From: an uncultured Desulfospira sp. | GTDB lineage: Bacteria; Desulfobacterota; Desulfobacteria; Desulfobacterales; Desulfobacteraceae | DNA: 64,000 nt | Direction of reading: 5' to 3' | NCBI GenBank assembly: GCA_963663165.1 | Contig: OY760175.1 | Location: 1,408,001-1,472,000, forward strand | Part shown: in pieces, positions 20,408-31,059 of the stretch | How positions within the stretch are numbered: position 1 is the first letter of the stretch | How the letters are laid out: every line of letters starts with the position of its first letter | Notes under the pieces: model-generated | What the model was told of the DNA's origin: nothing | What the model saw: only the letters and a program-made list of their open reading frames with translations | The model's database searches: none | Translations under genes and position numbers: made by a program

Positions 20408-21853
20408 TCATGATTTTAAACTCAACCAAATCCTTTTGATATCGGAATAAGTTTTTCTTGAAAAAAAATAAAAATACCCAGTGTAAATAAATATGCCTGT
20501 TGATATATGAACAATTAGAGCCATTAAGGTACTATTGTTTTGAAAAACCGTCCATTTGACAAGGCCGATCACCATCACCATCAAGCAAGAGGCGATCAGT
20601 GCATGACGAATTCTTTTTACGGATTCAAAAAGACTAGCCTGAATATCTTTAAGTACATGATAACAAAGATAAGAAAAAAGAAAGGGATAAACCGATATCC
20701 AACTGACTGCCATCCCGGTCAAACCGAACCGGGATAGAATCCAGAAGCTTAACGGCATAAAAATGGCGGAATAAACGGAAAACATAAATACAGCTTTTGT
20801 ATTCCCCCTTGCTTTAAGCATTACCAGAAGTATTCCTTTAAAAGACAATAAAATACCCAAAAAACAAAATATTTTGAATGCAAAGAGGCTAGGGAGCCAT
20901 TTAGAAGAAAGAACAACAATGATAATATCTTCTGAAATGGCAAACATTCCCAGAAAAACAGGAAAACAGAACAAAGAAATTAAATAAATAACCATATAGT
21001 AATACTTAAGAAAATCTTCTCGATTGTCCTGTAATTTTGAAAAAAGGGGGAAAACGACTCCCTGGATAATAAATACGCCTTTGTCAACCGGCATCCGGGA
21101 AAGACTGAGTGCTACCGAATAATACCCAAGAATTGTCTGTCCCAGAAGTCTTCCGATCAAAATAACATCCATTCTGCTGCTGAAATAATCCAGCACATAA
21201 TGAGCCGTCACGGGAAGGCCGTATTTCAGCATTTGTCCAGCGCTGGAAAATGAGAATTCAAACCTGGGCAGCCATCTTTTATAAACAAGGATTAATAGCA
21301 TCAAAGTAAAGTCTTTGGCGACCTCTCCAATTATCAAACTCCATACCCCCCATCCCCTCAAGGCCAGGACAAGGCTGATCAATATATTCGTTACTCCTGA
21401 AGCCATTTCGCAAAAAGATCTTTTTTTGAATTCAAAATCCCTGGCCATCAGCCGGTTAGGGATTTCTTTTATGCTCAGAAACAGCAGGCTGACACCGATA
21501 ACCCTTACAGCAGGAATAAGTTCCGGGGCAGAGAAAAAATCAGCCCAGGCAATCGCCGCAAACCAGGTAATAGCATATAAAGCGACAGCAAAAGAAGTGC
21601 AAATCCAAAATGCAGTATAAATATCGGCTTCACTAAGGTTTTTTTTCTGAAGCACGGCTTCACCAATACTCATATCGAAAAAAATCGTGACGAAAAATTT
21701 ATACGCCAGGACCATCCCCATTAAACCGTAATCATCCGGAGACAGTATCCTGATCAGTACTAGGGTGACGCTCCAAGCCAAAATCTGTCCGGCAGTCCTG
21801 GCCAGGCCAACCCAAAAAACACTTTTTACCGCCTGTTGTTCTAAATTCATCAA
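20408..21853 (-). CDS. Wzx-type polysaccharide flippase
   Basis: RILSPDDYGL motif; ~12-14 TM helices; LGYYSVA. Confidence 0.9.
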   Translation of the reverse strand: MMNLEQQAVKSVFWVGLARTAGQILAWSVTLVLIRILSPDDYGLMGMVLAYKFFVTIFFDMSIGEAVLQKKNLSEADIYTAFWICTSFAVALYAITWFAAIAWADFFSAPELIPAVRVIGVSLLFLSIKEIPNRLMARDFEFKKRSFCEMASGVTNILISLVLALRGWGVWSLIIGEVAKDFTLMLLILVYKRWLPRFEFSFSSAGQMLKYGLPVTAHYVLDYFSSRMDVILIGRLLGQTILGYYSVALSLSRMPVDKGVFIIQGVVFPLFSKLQDNREDFLKYYYMVIYLISLFCFPVFLGMFAISEDIIIVVLSSKWLPSLFAFKIFCFLGILLSFKGILLVMLKARGNTKAVFMFSVYSAIFMPLSFWILSRFGLTGMAVSWISVYPFLFSYLCYHVLKDIQASLFESVKRIRHALIASCLMVMVIGLVKWTVFQNNSTLMALIVHISTGIFIYTGYFYFFSRKTYSDIKRIWLSLKS

Positions 21854-22902
21854 TGCAATTCCTGTAATGTGCGCAGCTTTCTCAAACCGGTAATCGCCTG
21901 TTTAAAAATTGGGGCCCGGTAATAATTCAAATGATAAATTTCCCGGATGTCCACAGCCCACTGCTGCATACGCTGGGTGGCTTTTCCATAGTACTCAATG
22001 GACGAGACCCCTGGGGTATTGAAAAGATGTTTATGCACTTCATAATACATCAGCATTCCAGGTGAATAGTCTTTTTCTGTTTCATCATAAGCGATTTTCA
22101 GTATGACGACCATTCCATCACCCTGTATGGTCAAAGCAGACGCTACCACTTTTTCACCAAATCTTAGTTGATAAATCCGGGCGCACTTTCGGATAGCAAA
22201 CCGGCTCAACATGTCTACATAAAACCGTCCTCTGTGATTGTTTTTATTAACCGCAGTTCCGGCTTTTCCTTTCCATCCGGTGGACTCCAACTTCCCATAA
22301 TCCTCAACACCGGCCTGCATCTCTTCCGGATCAGTTAGCACATGAAATGACCAGTTAATATTGTTCGTGCTTAACCGGTTCTTTTTTTTTGTGATATTCC
22401 GCTTTAAATTTTTACTTCTATCCTGCCAGTAATCTTCAAAGGACCTGTCAATAGGAATCCTTATGGTATCAATAAATTTAATTTTTTCCTGGACCTTCCC
22501 TCTATGATTTGTTGCAACTGTTAGATAATCAGTATCCAGCTTATAGAATGCGAAAAGGCAGACATAGCCGGGAAGAGATCTCATTAAAGATAAAATAGAA
22601 GAATCGGCTGTCCCCTGCTCTGTGTTTTTAATCAATGCGAATGTAAATGGGCCTGTTTTTGGAAAAAAGGTTTCCCAAACCCCAACCCGTTTTTGCTTTA
22701 ATAAGACCATCCCATCACAGCCTTCTTCCCCTTTTAACGCCAGATGCAACCCAGATGGAGCAAAATATTTTATTATCTGCCCTACATAATCAACGTGCAT
22801 TAACGGGTGTTCACAACATAGAATATCTTTCCCTAATTGTTGCCAGTTGGTATTGTAAGTATCAAAAGCAGTGGCATCTTTTATAATCCATTTATCAGTC
22901 AT
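21850..22902 (-). CDS. GNAT-fold acyltransferase (BcsL/FemAB-like)
   Basis: FEDYWQDRSKNLKRN and AYDETEKDYSPG motifs. Confidence 0.8.
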   Translation of the reverse strand: MTDKWIIKDATAFDTYNTNWQQLGKDILCCEHPLMHVDYVGQIIKYFAPSGLHLALKGEEGCDGMVLLKQKRVGVWETFFPKTGPFTFALIKNTEQGTADSSILSLMRSLPGYVCLFAFYKLDTDYLTVATNHRGKVQEKIKFIDTIRIPIDRSFEDYWQDRSKNLKRNITKKKNRLSTNNINWSFHVLTDPEEMQAGVEDYGKLESTGWKGKAGTAVNKNNHRGRFYVDMLSRFAIRKCARIYQLRFGEKVVASALTIQGDGMVVILKIAYDETEKDYSPGMLMYYEVHKHLFNTPGVSSIEYYGKATQRMQQWAVDIREIYHLNYYRAPIFKQAITGLRKLRTLQELH

Positions 22903-22919
22903 ATTACTCCAGAATATAA

Positions 22920-23438
22920 TCAGTGCTTTTTTCCAAGGCTATCGACGTAATGAACTTTCCCATCACTGCCCATGTATTGAAATCCCACATCTCTCATCAC
23001 CGAGTAACCTGTATATATGGCCTTAACATTTTTTACTCCGGCCTTTATCCACTCGAGGGCAACCTGCCCACTTTTCTCTTCAGCACCTCAACCGCAAAAA
23101 ACGAGAATGTGTTTATTTTTAACCGCTTTTAATTTTTTTAAAAGCTTGGGATTCATTTCCTGTCCCATAGGAACTGTAACCGATCCGATAACCTTATATC
23201 TCTTATTCATATCCTCCCCCACACCAAAAAGAATGGCCTGCCCTGCGGAAAACAAGCCAAAGGCCTCTTGGGCCGCCACTCTTGGTACGGTGGGGTATAG
23301 AATTTCTGCATCTCTAGGCTCCATTTGCAGCAACCGTAGAAATGAGGGATGAATTTTACCCGTCTTTTTGCTATTTCCTGAGGCTCCTATTGGTAAAAAC
23401 AATACCATTAAGGCCATAAATATAATTATTTTTTTCAT
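22920..23438 (-). CDS. Secreted rhodanese-like selenoprotein (C-G-U motif, Sec at UGA 23088-23090)
   Basis: Signal peptide MKKIIIF. The frame continues past UGA with the rhodanese C-half GAEEKSGQVALEWIKAGVKNVKAIYTG to a stop at 22920. SECIS-like hairpin downstream of the UGA. Confidence 0.8.
23057..23069 (-). promoter_or_regulatory. Putative bacterial SECIS hairpin
   Basis: GGGCA-GGU-UGCCC stem-loop starting 19 nt after the in-frame UGA, with a G-initiated apical loop. Confidence 0.7.
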
Positions 23439-23470
23439 ATCCCCCCCCTCCATGTGGGCAGAAAATTGTT

Positions 23471-24466
23471 TCAATAAGACCCAACGGATAGACTATACGG
23501 TTCCCAATAAAAATCCTGTAACCGGACAACGCCCTGGAAGCATCTTGGAATTTGGAAAAGATTGGATGTATGGTCGGAAGGGCCTATTTCTGTGGTGACC
23601 GAACATTCGAATGAAAGCTTTTTTAAAATTTCAATTGTATCTTTGTTATACATATCCTTTTTGCCGAAAGGGTATGCAAACGTGGTCATTTTTCTGCCGA
23701 TTTTATCTTCAATCAACGTTTTTGAGGCTGCTATTTCTTCTTGGGCCTTTGAATAAGGCAGTCGGCTTAAAACCGGATGACTAATTGTATGGGCACCAAA
23801 TTCAATATTATTATCGGCCATCTCTTTGATTTCATCCCAGGTCATCATGATATTATCAAGGCCGCTGAAATCATCAATTTCAAGACAATCTTCCAGTTTT
23901 GATATGTACTCAAGCCGCTCATTATTCTCGGCGTTTTGCAGATGATTCATTATTATTGAAGAACCTGTTTTTCTCTCATCTCTGGAATGCAATGACAAAT
24001 GAAATGATTGCTCTCCCAATTTGATATCCAGTATCTCTTTTTTAGTCATCATGAACATATACCGGAATTTGATAAACCAGGGAGGAAGGCCATCTTCAAT
24101 ACGGCCGGCCAAAAGAAAAATGGTTGCCGGGACATTATACTTTTTCAGTACAGGGTAAGCATTGACATAATTATCCTTAAACCCGTCATCAAAAGTAATT
24201 ACCACACACCCCTTCAATGATTCGTTGTTTTTAATCCTTCTGACATACTCTGTCAGCGAAATGATATTATAATTTGCAGCCAAATGAGCGATGTGAATTT
24301 CAAAATCAGTTTTCGAAACCTCGGCGTAAAAGCCGGTTGGCGTATCAGGGATCATGTGATACATCAAAATGTAACAGCGATTTTTTAAAGCATTCAAGCG
24401 ATAAAATTTCAGCTGGAACAACCCTTTTTTTATGACTTCCTTTGAGTTTGTTTTAAAATTTGGCAT
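23471..24466 (-). CDS. Polysaccharide deacetylase (NodB/CE4)
   Basis: ILMYH, ITFDDG, GAHTISHP and FAYPFG motifs. Confidence 0.92.
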   Translation of the reverse strand: MPNFKTNSKEVIKKGLFQLKFYRLNALKNRCYILMYHMIPDTPTGFYAEVSKTDFEIHIAHLAANYNIISLTEYVRRIKNNESLKGCVVITFDDGFKDNYVNAYPVLKKYNVPATIFLLAGRIEDGLPPWFIKFRYMFMMTKKEILDIKLGEQSFHLSLHSRDERKTGSSIIMNHLQNAENNERLEYISKLEDCLEIDDFSGLDNIMMTWDEIKEMADNNIEFGAHTISHPVLSRLPYSKAQEEIAASKTLIEDKIGRKMTTFAYPFGKKDMYNKDTIEILKKLSFECSVTTEIGPSDHTSNLFQIPRCFQGVVRLQDFYWEPYSLSVGSY

Positions 24467-24484
24467 GTATGGTTCCCCAAAAGA

Positions 24485-27148
24485 TTAAAAAGAGAAAAAT
24501 CTCAATAACAGTCTTAAGTTATCTTTAACAAGCCACCTTAAAGATGTTTTATCCACGGGTTTTCCATAGCGCTTTGGTGTGGTTGCTTTGGAAGTGATAA
24601 CTGCTTCATTGTTTTTCAGGCAATAAAATGAAACAAACATATTTTGCATCAAAATTGCCAATGGCCTTGTAAGGCATCCGGATTCATGCATTAATAATCC
24701 TTTGCAGGCCTCTGAAAAGAAAAATTCGGCCTTCTCTTTAAATATGGGCTGTAAATTCTCCGGTGCGTACCCGGCCGCAATAAATAAAACATTTGATTTT
24801 CTGATATCATTTGCAGCTCTTGTGGCTGGATTGGGGTAATCAAAGGATTCTGAAAGCGTAAGAATCGGGACTTCATTATCCACCATCCATTTGGCATAAT
24901 GGATAAGGGTTTCTTTTGCATAACAAAACATAACGTCATATTCTGCCCATTCTGCTTTCAGGCGAAGATACTTACAGACGCCTTGCAGGAATATGGTGTA
25001 AGACCACCTGATATTTATTTTTAACAAATCCCTGGCCGCCAGGTCGTCTTCAGGATGGACACATTCTCGAATCAACGATTCAGCCTGAAAAAGATATTGC
25101 CGGTCTTTTGATATCATAAAGGCATCGAGCAGTACACTGAGCATGTTTCCTGACCCCCGATCCGGCCCTTCTGCATGGCCGTATGGTTCCATGGGTTTTT
25201 TGCCGGACAGATGCTTTGCCCAGTTAATTGTATTGCGGGCCATCTTTTTAAGTATTGCTACAGGATGGCGGGGGCCTTGAATAAGCCCGGATACGAATTC
25301 GGCAAGTTCAAGGGTCCCGCTTTTTATATTCTCATCACCAGTCAAAAAATAATAATTAACCAGCCCTCCGGTGTAGACATGCTGAGAGGACGGCCCTCCG
25401 CCGTGATGTTTGTATGAAGCTGCCGGCCCGTCTTCAAGACTGTATTGATTATCTTCTTTGAGAACCAGCTTTGAAAAACTTCGATGGGTAGATGTCCCTG
25501 CTGTTGCGAAATGATCCGTATGCCAGAACATGCCGTGATTGTAAGCACAGGCGTCTTTACTGGTATGGTATATATCAATGTCTGTTACATGAAGGGCCAG
25601 CTCTTTGGCAAGCTGAAACCATTTTTCCGCCCCGCTGCTTATATATTGGAAAACAAAACTGTTAATGAGATCATACTGGTTGTTATAATGAGAAATTATT
25701 GGTTTTTCCCCAAGATAAAGCCGGTTTTCATGGTCGGCATATAAATCTCCAAAATTTCTCCATCCATACTCATCAATAATTTCTCTTCTCTTTTCAAATG
25801 AATTTTCTCCTTGAATGGCTGAACGAACCAGATCAAATATTTTTTTATAGGGTTCTTCTTTAGGAAGTTCACTCTCCGGCAAGAGGTATGGGATAGCGTT
25901 TGAAGCAACATACCACTTAGCATTCGGCTTCACGCCTACCGGATCATGGACCCAGTCTAAGGAATCATCATACTTGGCCTGACTGGAAAAATTAAAGCAC
26001 ATTTGATGGGTTTTCTGCTCTCCGCCCTGAAGTTCAAAGATATCATTAAACTGATCAGGAAATAATGATATCGTTAATGCTTCCCCGTCAGACTCGAGGG
26101 CAGTAGGGAAATTCTGCCAGAAATTCTGAACCGTTACCGTCATTGTACAATTATTATTGGATAGGGATAAAACCGGTGATGCACGCAGTCCCTGATCAAG
26201 AATATTATCGCCGAATGACACCTTGTATCCTTTGAAAGACACGGGCACATTCTTAAACCGGTTAAAATGGTTTTTGGACTGCCAGTTGTCTCCGCCGCTT
26301 GAATCCTGATAAATAAGTACGGGTTCCCCATGGGATGAAATCTTAGCGCCGGGCTTTATTTTCCAGAAATTTGAATATGATCCGTCAGAGCCCGTCTCAA
26401 GTCTAATCCCCAGGTTTTTAAAAAAGAAAGAGCCTTCTTTCCCAAGATCCCAAAAGCCCTCCGGATGGACTGCAGGGTTTGGATTTAAAATCGTAAAGTC
26501 ACAAAAACAATAGCTGCAGTCTCTAAAGAAGGAAAGACGGGATTTAAATTTCAGGTCCGGATTGCTGTTTTGCTCAGAAAAGCAACCCTCAAAACATAAA
26601 ATAAGTTTTACAGCGTTGCTTCTCTCAACTTTGCAACATTCAATCTCAGGCGTATATAATTCATCATTTTCCCCTTTAAGAAAGGTCAGGGACCGGTCCA
26701 GGGAGACGCGCTTCCCATTTACCACAACAGCATTAAATGGTTTAAACTGATTTTTGTCTATGTAAAATTCCGAACACCCGGTTTGAATCACAAATTCTTG
26801 AGCATCTTCTTTAAAAGCCAATCCATTTTGTTTCTCGCCTGAATCTTTAGTGTCTTTGACATCTAAAATAAATCGTTTACATCCGAATGGCGGCATGGAT
26901 ATCAACAGGTCAAACAATACCCATTTAAGGCTTTGATCCGGCCACCGGTCCAGCACTGTTGCCCCGGATGGTACACCATCACCATTTTCATCCACTAATC
27001 CAATAGATGAAGAATTTAAAAATTTCCCCTGAGGGAATGGGACTCCCAGTGATACGGGTTCAAAATAGCGGTGCTTTCCTGATTTATCTTCCAACTCAAA
27101 AAGGATTGGGCTGTCTTTGTCTGTTTTATGACTTTGCATAAGACTCAT
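24485..27148 (-). CDS. Large EPS-locus protein, possibly exo-rhamnogalacturonan-lyase (PL26)/RIFT-barrel-like
   Basis: N-terminal GVPFPQG..WPDQSLKW motif; YGWRNFGD..YNNQYD. Start approximate (27148 or 27139). Confidence 0.55.
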   Translation of the reverse strand: MSLMQSHKTDKDSPILFELEDKSGKHRYFEPVSLGVPFPQGKFLNSSSIGLVDENGDGVPSGATVLDRWPDQSLKWVLFDLLISMPPFGCKRFILDVKDTKDSGEKQNGLAFKEDAQEFVIQTGCSEFYIDKNQFKPFNAVVVNGKRVSLDRSLTFLKGENDELYTPEIECCKVERSNAVKLILCFEGCFSEQNSNPDLKFKSRLSFFRDCSYCFCDFTILNPNPAVHPEGFWDLGKEGSFFFKNLGIRLETGSDGSYSNFWKIKPGAKISSHGEPVLIYQDSSGGDNWQSKNHFNRFKNVPVSFKGYKVSFGDNILDQGLRASPVLSLSNNNCTMTVTVQNFWQNFPTALESDGEALTISLFPDQFNDIFELQGGEQKTHQMCFNFSSQAKYDDSLDWVHDPVGVKPNAKWYVASNAIPYLLPESELPKEEPYKKIFDLVRSAIQGENSFEKRREIIDEYGWRNFGDLYADHENRLYLGEKPIISHYNNQYDLINSFVFQYISSGAEKWFQLAKELALHVTDIDIYHTSKDACAYNHGMFWHTDHFATAGTSTHRSFSKLVLKEDNQYSLEDGPAASYKHHGGGPSSQHVYTGGLVNYYFLTGDENIKSGTLELAEFVSGLIQGPRHPVAILKKMARNTINWAKHLSGKKPMEPYGHAEGPDRGSGNMLSVLLDAFMISKDRQYLFQAESLIRECVHPEDDLAARDLLKINIRWSYTIFLQGVCKYLRLKAEWAEYDVMFCYAKETLIHYAKWMVDNEVPILTLSESFDYPNPATRAANDIRKSNVLFIAAGYAPENLQPIFKEKAEFFFSEACKGLLMHESGCLTRPLAILMQNMFVSFYCLKNNEAVITSKATTPKRYGKPVDKTSLRWLVKDNLRLLLRFFSF

Positions 27149-28313
27149 ACATGGTTTCCAGTTTTTTAACACGCTCAGAAAAAGAAAAGTGATTTTCAAT
27201 CCGTTTTCTGCTTTGAACAGCAAAATTCACTCTTAACGATCCATTTTCCAGAAGGTTGATCACTTTTTCAGCAAGGCTTTTATAATCGCCCAGATCACAA
27301 AGATATCCGGTCTTCCCGTTGGAAACCAATTCAGGTACACCGGACACTGAAGTTGAGACCACAGGTATTTCCATAGCCATGGCCTCCAGAACCGTATTTG
27401 GAAGCCCCTCAACAATAGATGTCATTAAAAACAGATCAAAAGATGAATAAACATTAAAGAGATCATTTCTATGGCCGGTGAAATGGATTGATTTTTCCAA
27501 CCCCAAATTTCTAACATCCTGCCTTAGCTCTTCAAGTTCATCAGCCCTTCCATCTCCTACAATTACAAATTGTGTGCCCGGTAATTGATCGGTTACTATC
27601 TTGGCAACTTTGATAAATGTTGGAAAATCTTTTTGATAGCTGATTCTTGCGACAGTCCCAACCAGGGAATCTGTGTCTTTTACACATAATTCATGTCTTA
27701 AAACGGGTGAATGGCCGTTGTTTTTTTTCCATATTTCAGTATCAATACCATTATAAAGGACTATAATATCCGTTTCCTTGAACCCTCTATCGATAAGTTG
27801 TTGTTTTGTCGCACCAGATACAGCCATGGCCGGTTTAGAAAACATTTTCATTAGAAATGCAGCCACCTTATCCCTTACAAGATAGTTCAAATACGCTTTT
27901 AATGAATGAAAATCATTCCGGTCATAGTCCAGAAGAAGGTGGCAGGTAAAAACAATAACAAGCTTGGGATTCAGTATCTTCAGCAGCCACCCGTACAGCA
28001 ATGTTTTATCATCATGGGCGTGAATCATCTCTATTTGATGCTTTTTTAGCAGGCGATGAAGTACAAATAAGCATCTTAAATCCAGAAGCCTTCTGTCATG
28101 GACTTCAACATAGGGAATTCCCATCTTTTTTGCCCGGTCTGTGATCTGAAACTCTTTGTTTTTAGGATCTCTAAGGTATGCTACCAGGACAAAAACCTTT
28201 TTTTTATCATGCATTTTCGCTGAATTTAATATGGTTTTATCCGGTCCGCCGCCGCCTTTATAGGTGCCTCTGAAATCCATTATTCGCACTATACTGCTTG
28301 TTTTCCGGCCCAT
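27126..28313 (-). CDS. Glycosyltransferase family 4
   Basis: GGGGPDK, IHAHD and EGLPNTVLEAMA motifs. Confidence 0.92.
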   Translation of the reverse strand: MGRKTSSIVRIMDFRGTYKGGGGPDKTILNSAKMHDKKKVFVLVAYLRDPKNKEFQITDRAKKMGIPYVEVHDRRLLDLRCLFVLHRLLKKHQIEMIHAHDDKTLLYGWLLKILNPKLVIVFTCHLLLDYDRNDFHSLKAYLNYLVRDKVAAFLMKMFSKPAMAVSGATKQQLIDRGFKETDIIVLYNGIDTEIWKKNNGHSPVLRHELCVKDTDSLVGTVARISYQKDFPTFIKVAKIVTDQLPGTQFVIVGDGRADELEELRQDVRNLGLEKSIHFTGHRNDLFNVYSSFDLFLMTSIVEGLPNTVLEAMAMEIPVVSTSVSGVPELVSNGKTGYLCDLGDYKSLAEKVINLLENGSLRVNFAVQSRKRIENHFSFSERVKKLETMYESYAKS

Positions 28314-28317
28314 CAGG

Positions 28318-28839
28318 TTATTGACCTCTCAACTTATAATTTGCAGGATTCCCGAATGCCGTTGTCTTATTCGGCATGTCTTTATCCACCACCGCATTTG
28401 CCCCAATTTTGCAATCGTGGCCAATAGAGATTTCTCCAATTATCTTAGCACCCGCACCAATCAACACACGATCGCCTATTATGGCAGCCTTGCCATATCC
28501 TCCCCTGTCGCCGACAGTTACCTGGTGATAAAGGGTACAATAGTCGCCCATTTTAACCGAAGGGTGGAAGATAATCCCCCCAAAATGATGGATTCTCAAT
28601 CCTTTGCCAATGGTGCATTGTGCCGGGATGGAAATACCTGTAGTGATTTCAATAAATCTTTCGATAACGTATCTGAACGGCTGGGTGGGAATTTTTTTTA
28701 AGTGGCACCAATGAAAAAAACGGTAAGTTGCCAGGGCCTGAAACCCGGGAGAAAAAATTCCCCTTAAAAATATCCGTATGGAGGATTCCCCGGTATGGGT
28801 GGAAAACCGTTTTAAATCTTCTTTTATATTGTCAAACAT
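28318..28839 (-). CDS. Serine O-acetyltransferase-like hexapeptide acetyltransferase
   Basis: Left-handed beta-helix repeats; IGAGAKI, IGANAVV, GNPA. Confidence 0.88.
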   Translation of the reverse strand: MFDNIKEDLKRFSTHTGESSIRIFLRGIFSPGFQALATYRFFHWCHLKKIPTQPFRYVIERFIEITTGISIPAQCTIGKGLRIHHFGGIIFHPSVKMGDYCTLYHQVTVGDRGGYGKAAIIGDRVLIGAGAKIIGEISIGHDCKIGANAVVDKDMPNKTTAFGNPANYKLRGQ

Positions 28840-29981
28840 TAGTGTTTTGACAGGATTTGCCGGTATATCGTTTCATAATCTAAGACCATTTTTTCAATGG
28901 AAAAAAAGTCCGTTACATGTCTTCTTGCCTGCTCACCCATTGTCTTTCTTTGTTTCACATCGTTTATCAGGAAATCAAGGGCTTCAGTCATACTTTGATG
29001 GTTTCCCAATTCAACGATCAACCCGCTTTTATTATGGTCAAGAATTTCTTGAATCCCGCCGACATGGGTCGATATTACCGGCAATCCGGCTGCCATGGCT
29101 TCAAGAACGGAATTGGAAATATTTTCAAAAAGCGACGGCTGTACATAGATATCCATCAATCTCAAGCAGTCAGGGATATCTTTTCGCATTCCCGTAAGAA
29201 TGACTTGGTCCTGAATGCCGAGTTGAGACGACATCTTTTGGATGCTTTCTTTTTCAGCCCCGTCTCCCACAAGCAGCAGTTTGCAGTTTTCCCTGACACC
29301 GGGCGAAAGCATTGAAAAGGCTTTAACCAGATTTTTAATTCCCTTAACCGGATCAAACCTGGCCACAGACCCGATTATAGTATCTGTTTTCCTGATTCCG
29401 AACCGGGTTCTTGCGTCGCCTGAGTTGCCATCCTGGCAGGGTTTGAACACATGGGTGTCAACGCCGTTGTAAATGACATTGATTTTTTGAGGGACTATGC
29501 CGATATCTGAGGCATATTCTTTTTTGGATACACCGGAATTGGTTAGAATTCCATCACAAAAATACGAAAAAAACCGCTGGGCAAGAATTCTTCTCTTTGG
29601 AATCTGGATGGTGTCTTCCATTGTTTTGCCGCGATAGGAATAAATAAATTTTTGTTTTCTTCCAATGGCTTTTGCGGCTATCAATCCTTCGGCGTAGGTA
29701 GACCACCCCATGGAATGAATAATGTCAACACGATTTTTTTTACAAAAGGATGCGATCTTACATGGAATGGAAAAATCGTTTCCGTCATGTTTATCCAGGG
29801 AAAATACCTTTTTTTTCGAAACATCTACGTCTTTCAAAAAGGCATTTTCATACGGATAAAAACTACATACATGGTTGGTGATGTTTTGGCTCGAATGATT
29901 CAGGATATTGGCAACGACACGCTCTGTACCGCCAAATGAAAATCGATGCAAAAGATAAAGAACTGAAACCGGCACGCCCAT
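28839..29981 (-). CDS. Glycosyltransferase family 4
   Basis: GGTER, ARFDPVKG and ENISNSVLEAMA motifs; likely start MGVPVSV. Confidence 0.9.
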   Translation of the reverse strand: MGVPVSVLYLLHRFSFGGTERVVANILNHSSQNITNHVCSFYPYENAFLKDVDVSKKKVFSLDKHDGNDFSIPCKIASFCKKNRVDIIHSMGWSTYAEGLIAAKAIGRKQKFIYSYRGKTMEDTIQIPKRRILAQRFFSYFCDGILTNSGVSKKEYASDIGIVPQKINVIYNGVDTHVFKPCQDGNSGDARTRFGIRKTDTIIGSVARFDPVKGIKNLVKAFSMLSPGVRENCKLLLVGDGAEKESIQKMSSQLGIQDQVILTGMRKDIPDCLRLMDIYVQPSLFENISNSVLEAMAAGLPVISTHVGGIQEILDHNKSGLIVELGNHQSMTEALDFLINDVKQRKTMGEQARRHVTDFFSIEKMVLDYETIYRQILSKH

Positions 29982-29983
29982 CC

Positions 29984-31042
29984 CTATACTTTTTTCTGGG
30001 TCCAGACGGTATATTCTTTTCCGGACAATGCGATTAAACCGCCAACACAAAGGGCAACAGACTCAATGACAAACCGTGTAAAATGGGGCACCAAAAAAAC
30101 TGCCAGCAGCCAGGGGGAAACACGGACAAGACTAATAATAAAAAGCGGTAACGCCATTACAAAGGTGATGATAAACAGATAACGAATCAGCTTATGCAGG
30201 GTGAAGTGAAACAAAACAGACGCGGGCAGTCGGTGAATATATTTAAATATTCTGTAATAGCTCCAGAATACCCTGTTTGATGCCCTCATCCTGGCTTTGA
30301 ACGAGTCTCTTATTTTTCTTTTTTCCAGTTCGGTAGCGGTGGCGTTCGGATTAAAGACGCATTGTTTTTTTTGTTCAAAAATTAAAAAAGCAGTCTCAAA
30401 ATCGCTTAATTCATTTTCACGTTTGAGGTTGTAATTTTCCCTTCTCACACAGTAAAATCCGCCATCAAATCCAATGATGGCGCCTTGTCTTGATTGAAAC
30501 CGTTTAATGATGGTTTCCAGTTTCCAGTATTTTCCGGACAGATCCTGGTGTTTCATATCGGTTGTTATGGTTACATCTCCACAGGTACCGGCAATCTTGT
30601 CGTTTTCAAACACCTGAATTAATTTTTCTATGGAATCTTTATCAAGGAATACGTTGGCATCGGTAAACAGCAGCAAATCAGATTCAGATTGATTGACCGC
30701 ACAAATCTGAGACTGATTCTTCCCTTTGTTTTCCTTGTTGTTGACGACTGTGTCTTCATCTTTTGCATACTTTTCAAGCAGTTCAAGGGTATTGTCTGTG
30801 GAGTTATCGTTCACAAAAGTATGATGAATATGGGGGTACTGGATTGAATAGCAGTTAATGAGTTTTTCAAGGATAAACCGGGACTCATTTTTAAAACAGA
30901 TGATGTGTTCTATGGAAAGTTTTTGTTTAAGGGGATTATTTGATCGCTTAACTGTTTTTGTTTTGTAATAATATAAAATGGTTATCAGAATATATACAAA
31001 ATGGATGACTCCTAAAACGGCTGGAACCAGTAACAATCTCAT
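29984..31042 (-). CDS. Glycosyltransferase family 2
   Basis: NDNSTD, FTDAN and SDFET motifs; TM ends. Confidence 0.85.
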   Translation of the reverse strand: MRLLLVPAVLGVIHFVYILITILYYYKTKTVKRSNNPLKQKLSIEHIICFKNESRFILEKLINCYSIQYPHIHHTFVNDNSTDNTLELLEKYAKDEDTVVNNKENKGKNQSQICAVNQSESDLLLFTDANVFLDKDSIEKLIQVFENDKIAGTCGDVTITTDMKHQDLSGKYWKLETIIKRFQSRQGAIIGFDGGFYCVRRENYNLKRENELSDFETAFLIFEQKKQCVFNPNATATELEKRKIRDSFKARMRASNRVFWSYYRIFKYIHRLPASVLFHFTLHKLIRYLFIITFVMALPLFIISLVRVSPWLLAVFLVPHFTRFVIESVALCVGGLIALSGKEYTVWTQKKV

Positions 31043-31059
31043 CTAATTCAGATTCCTAT

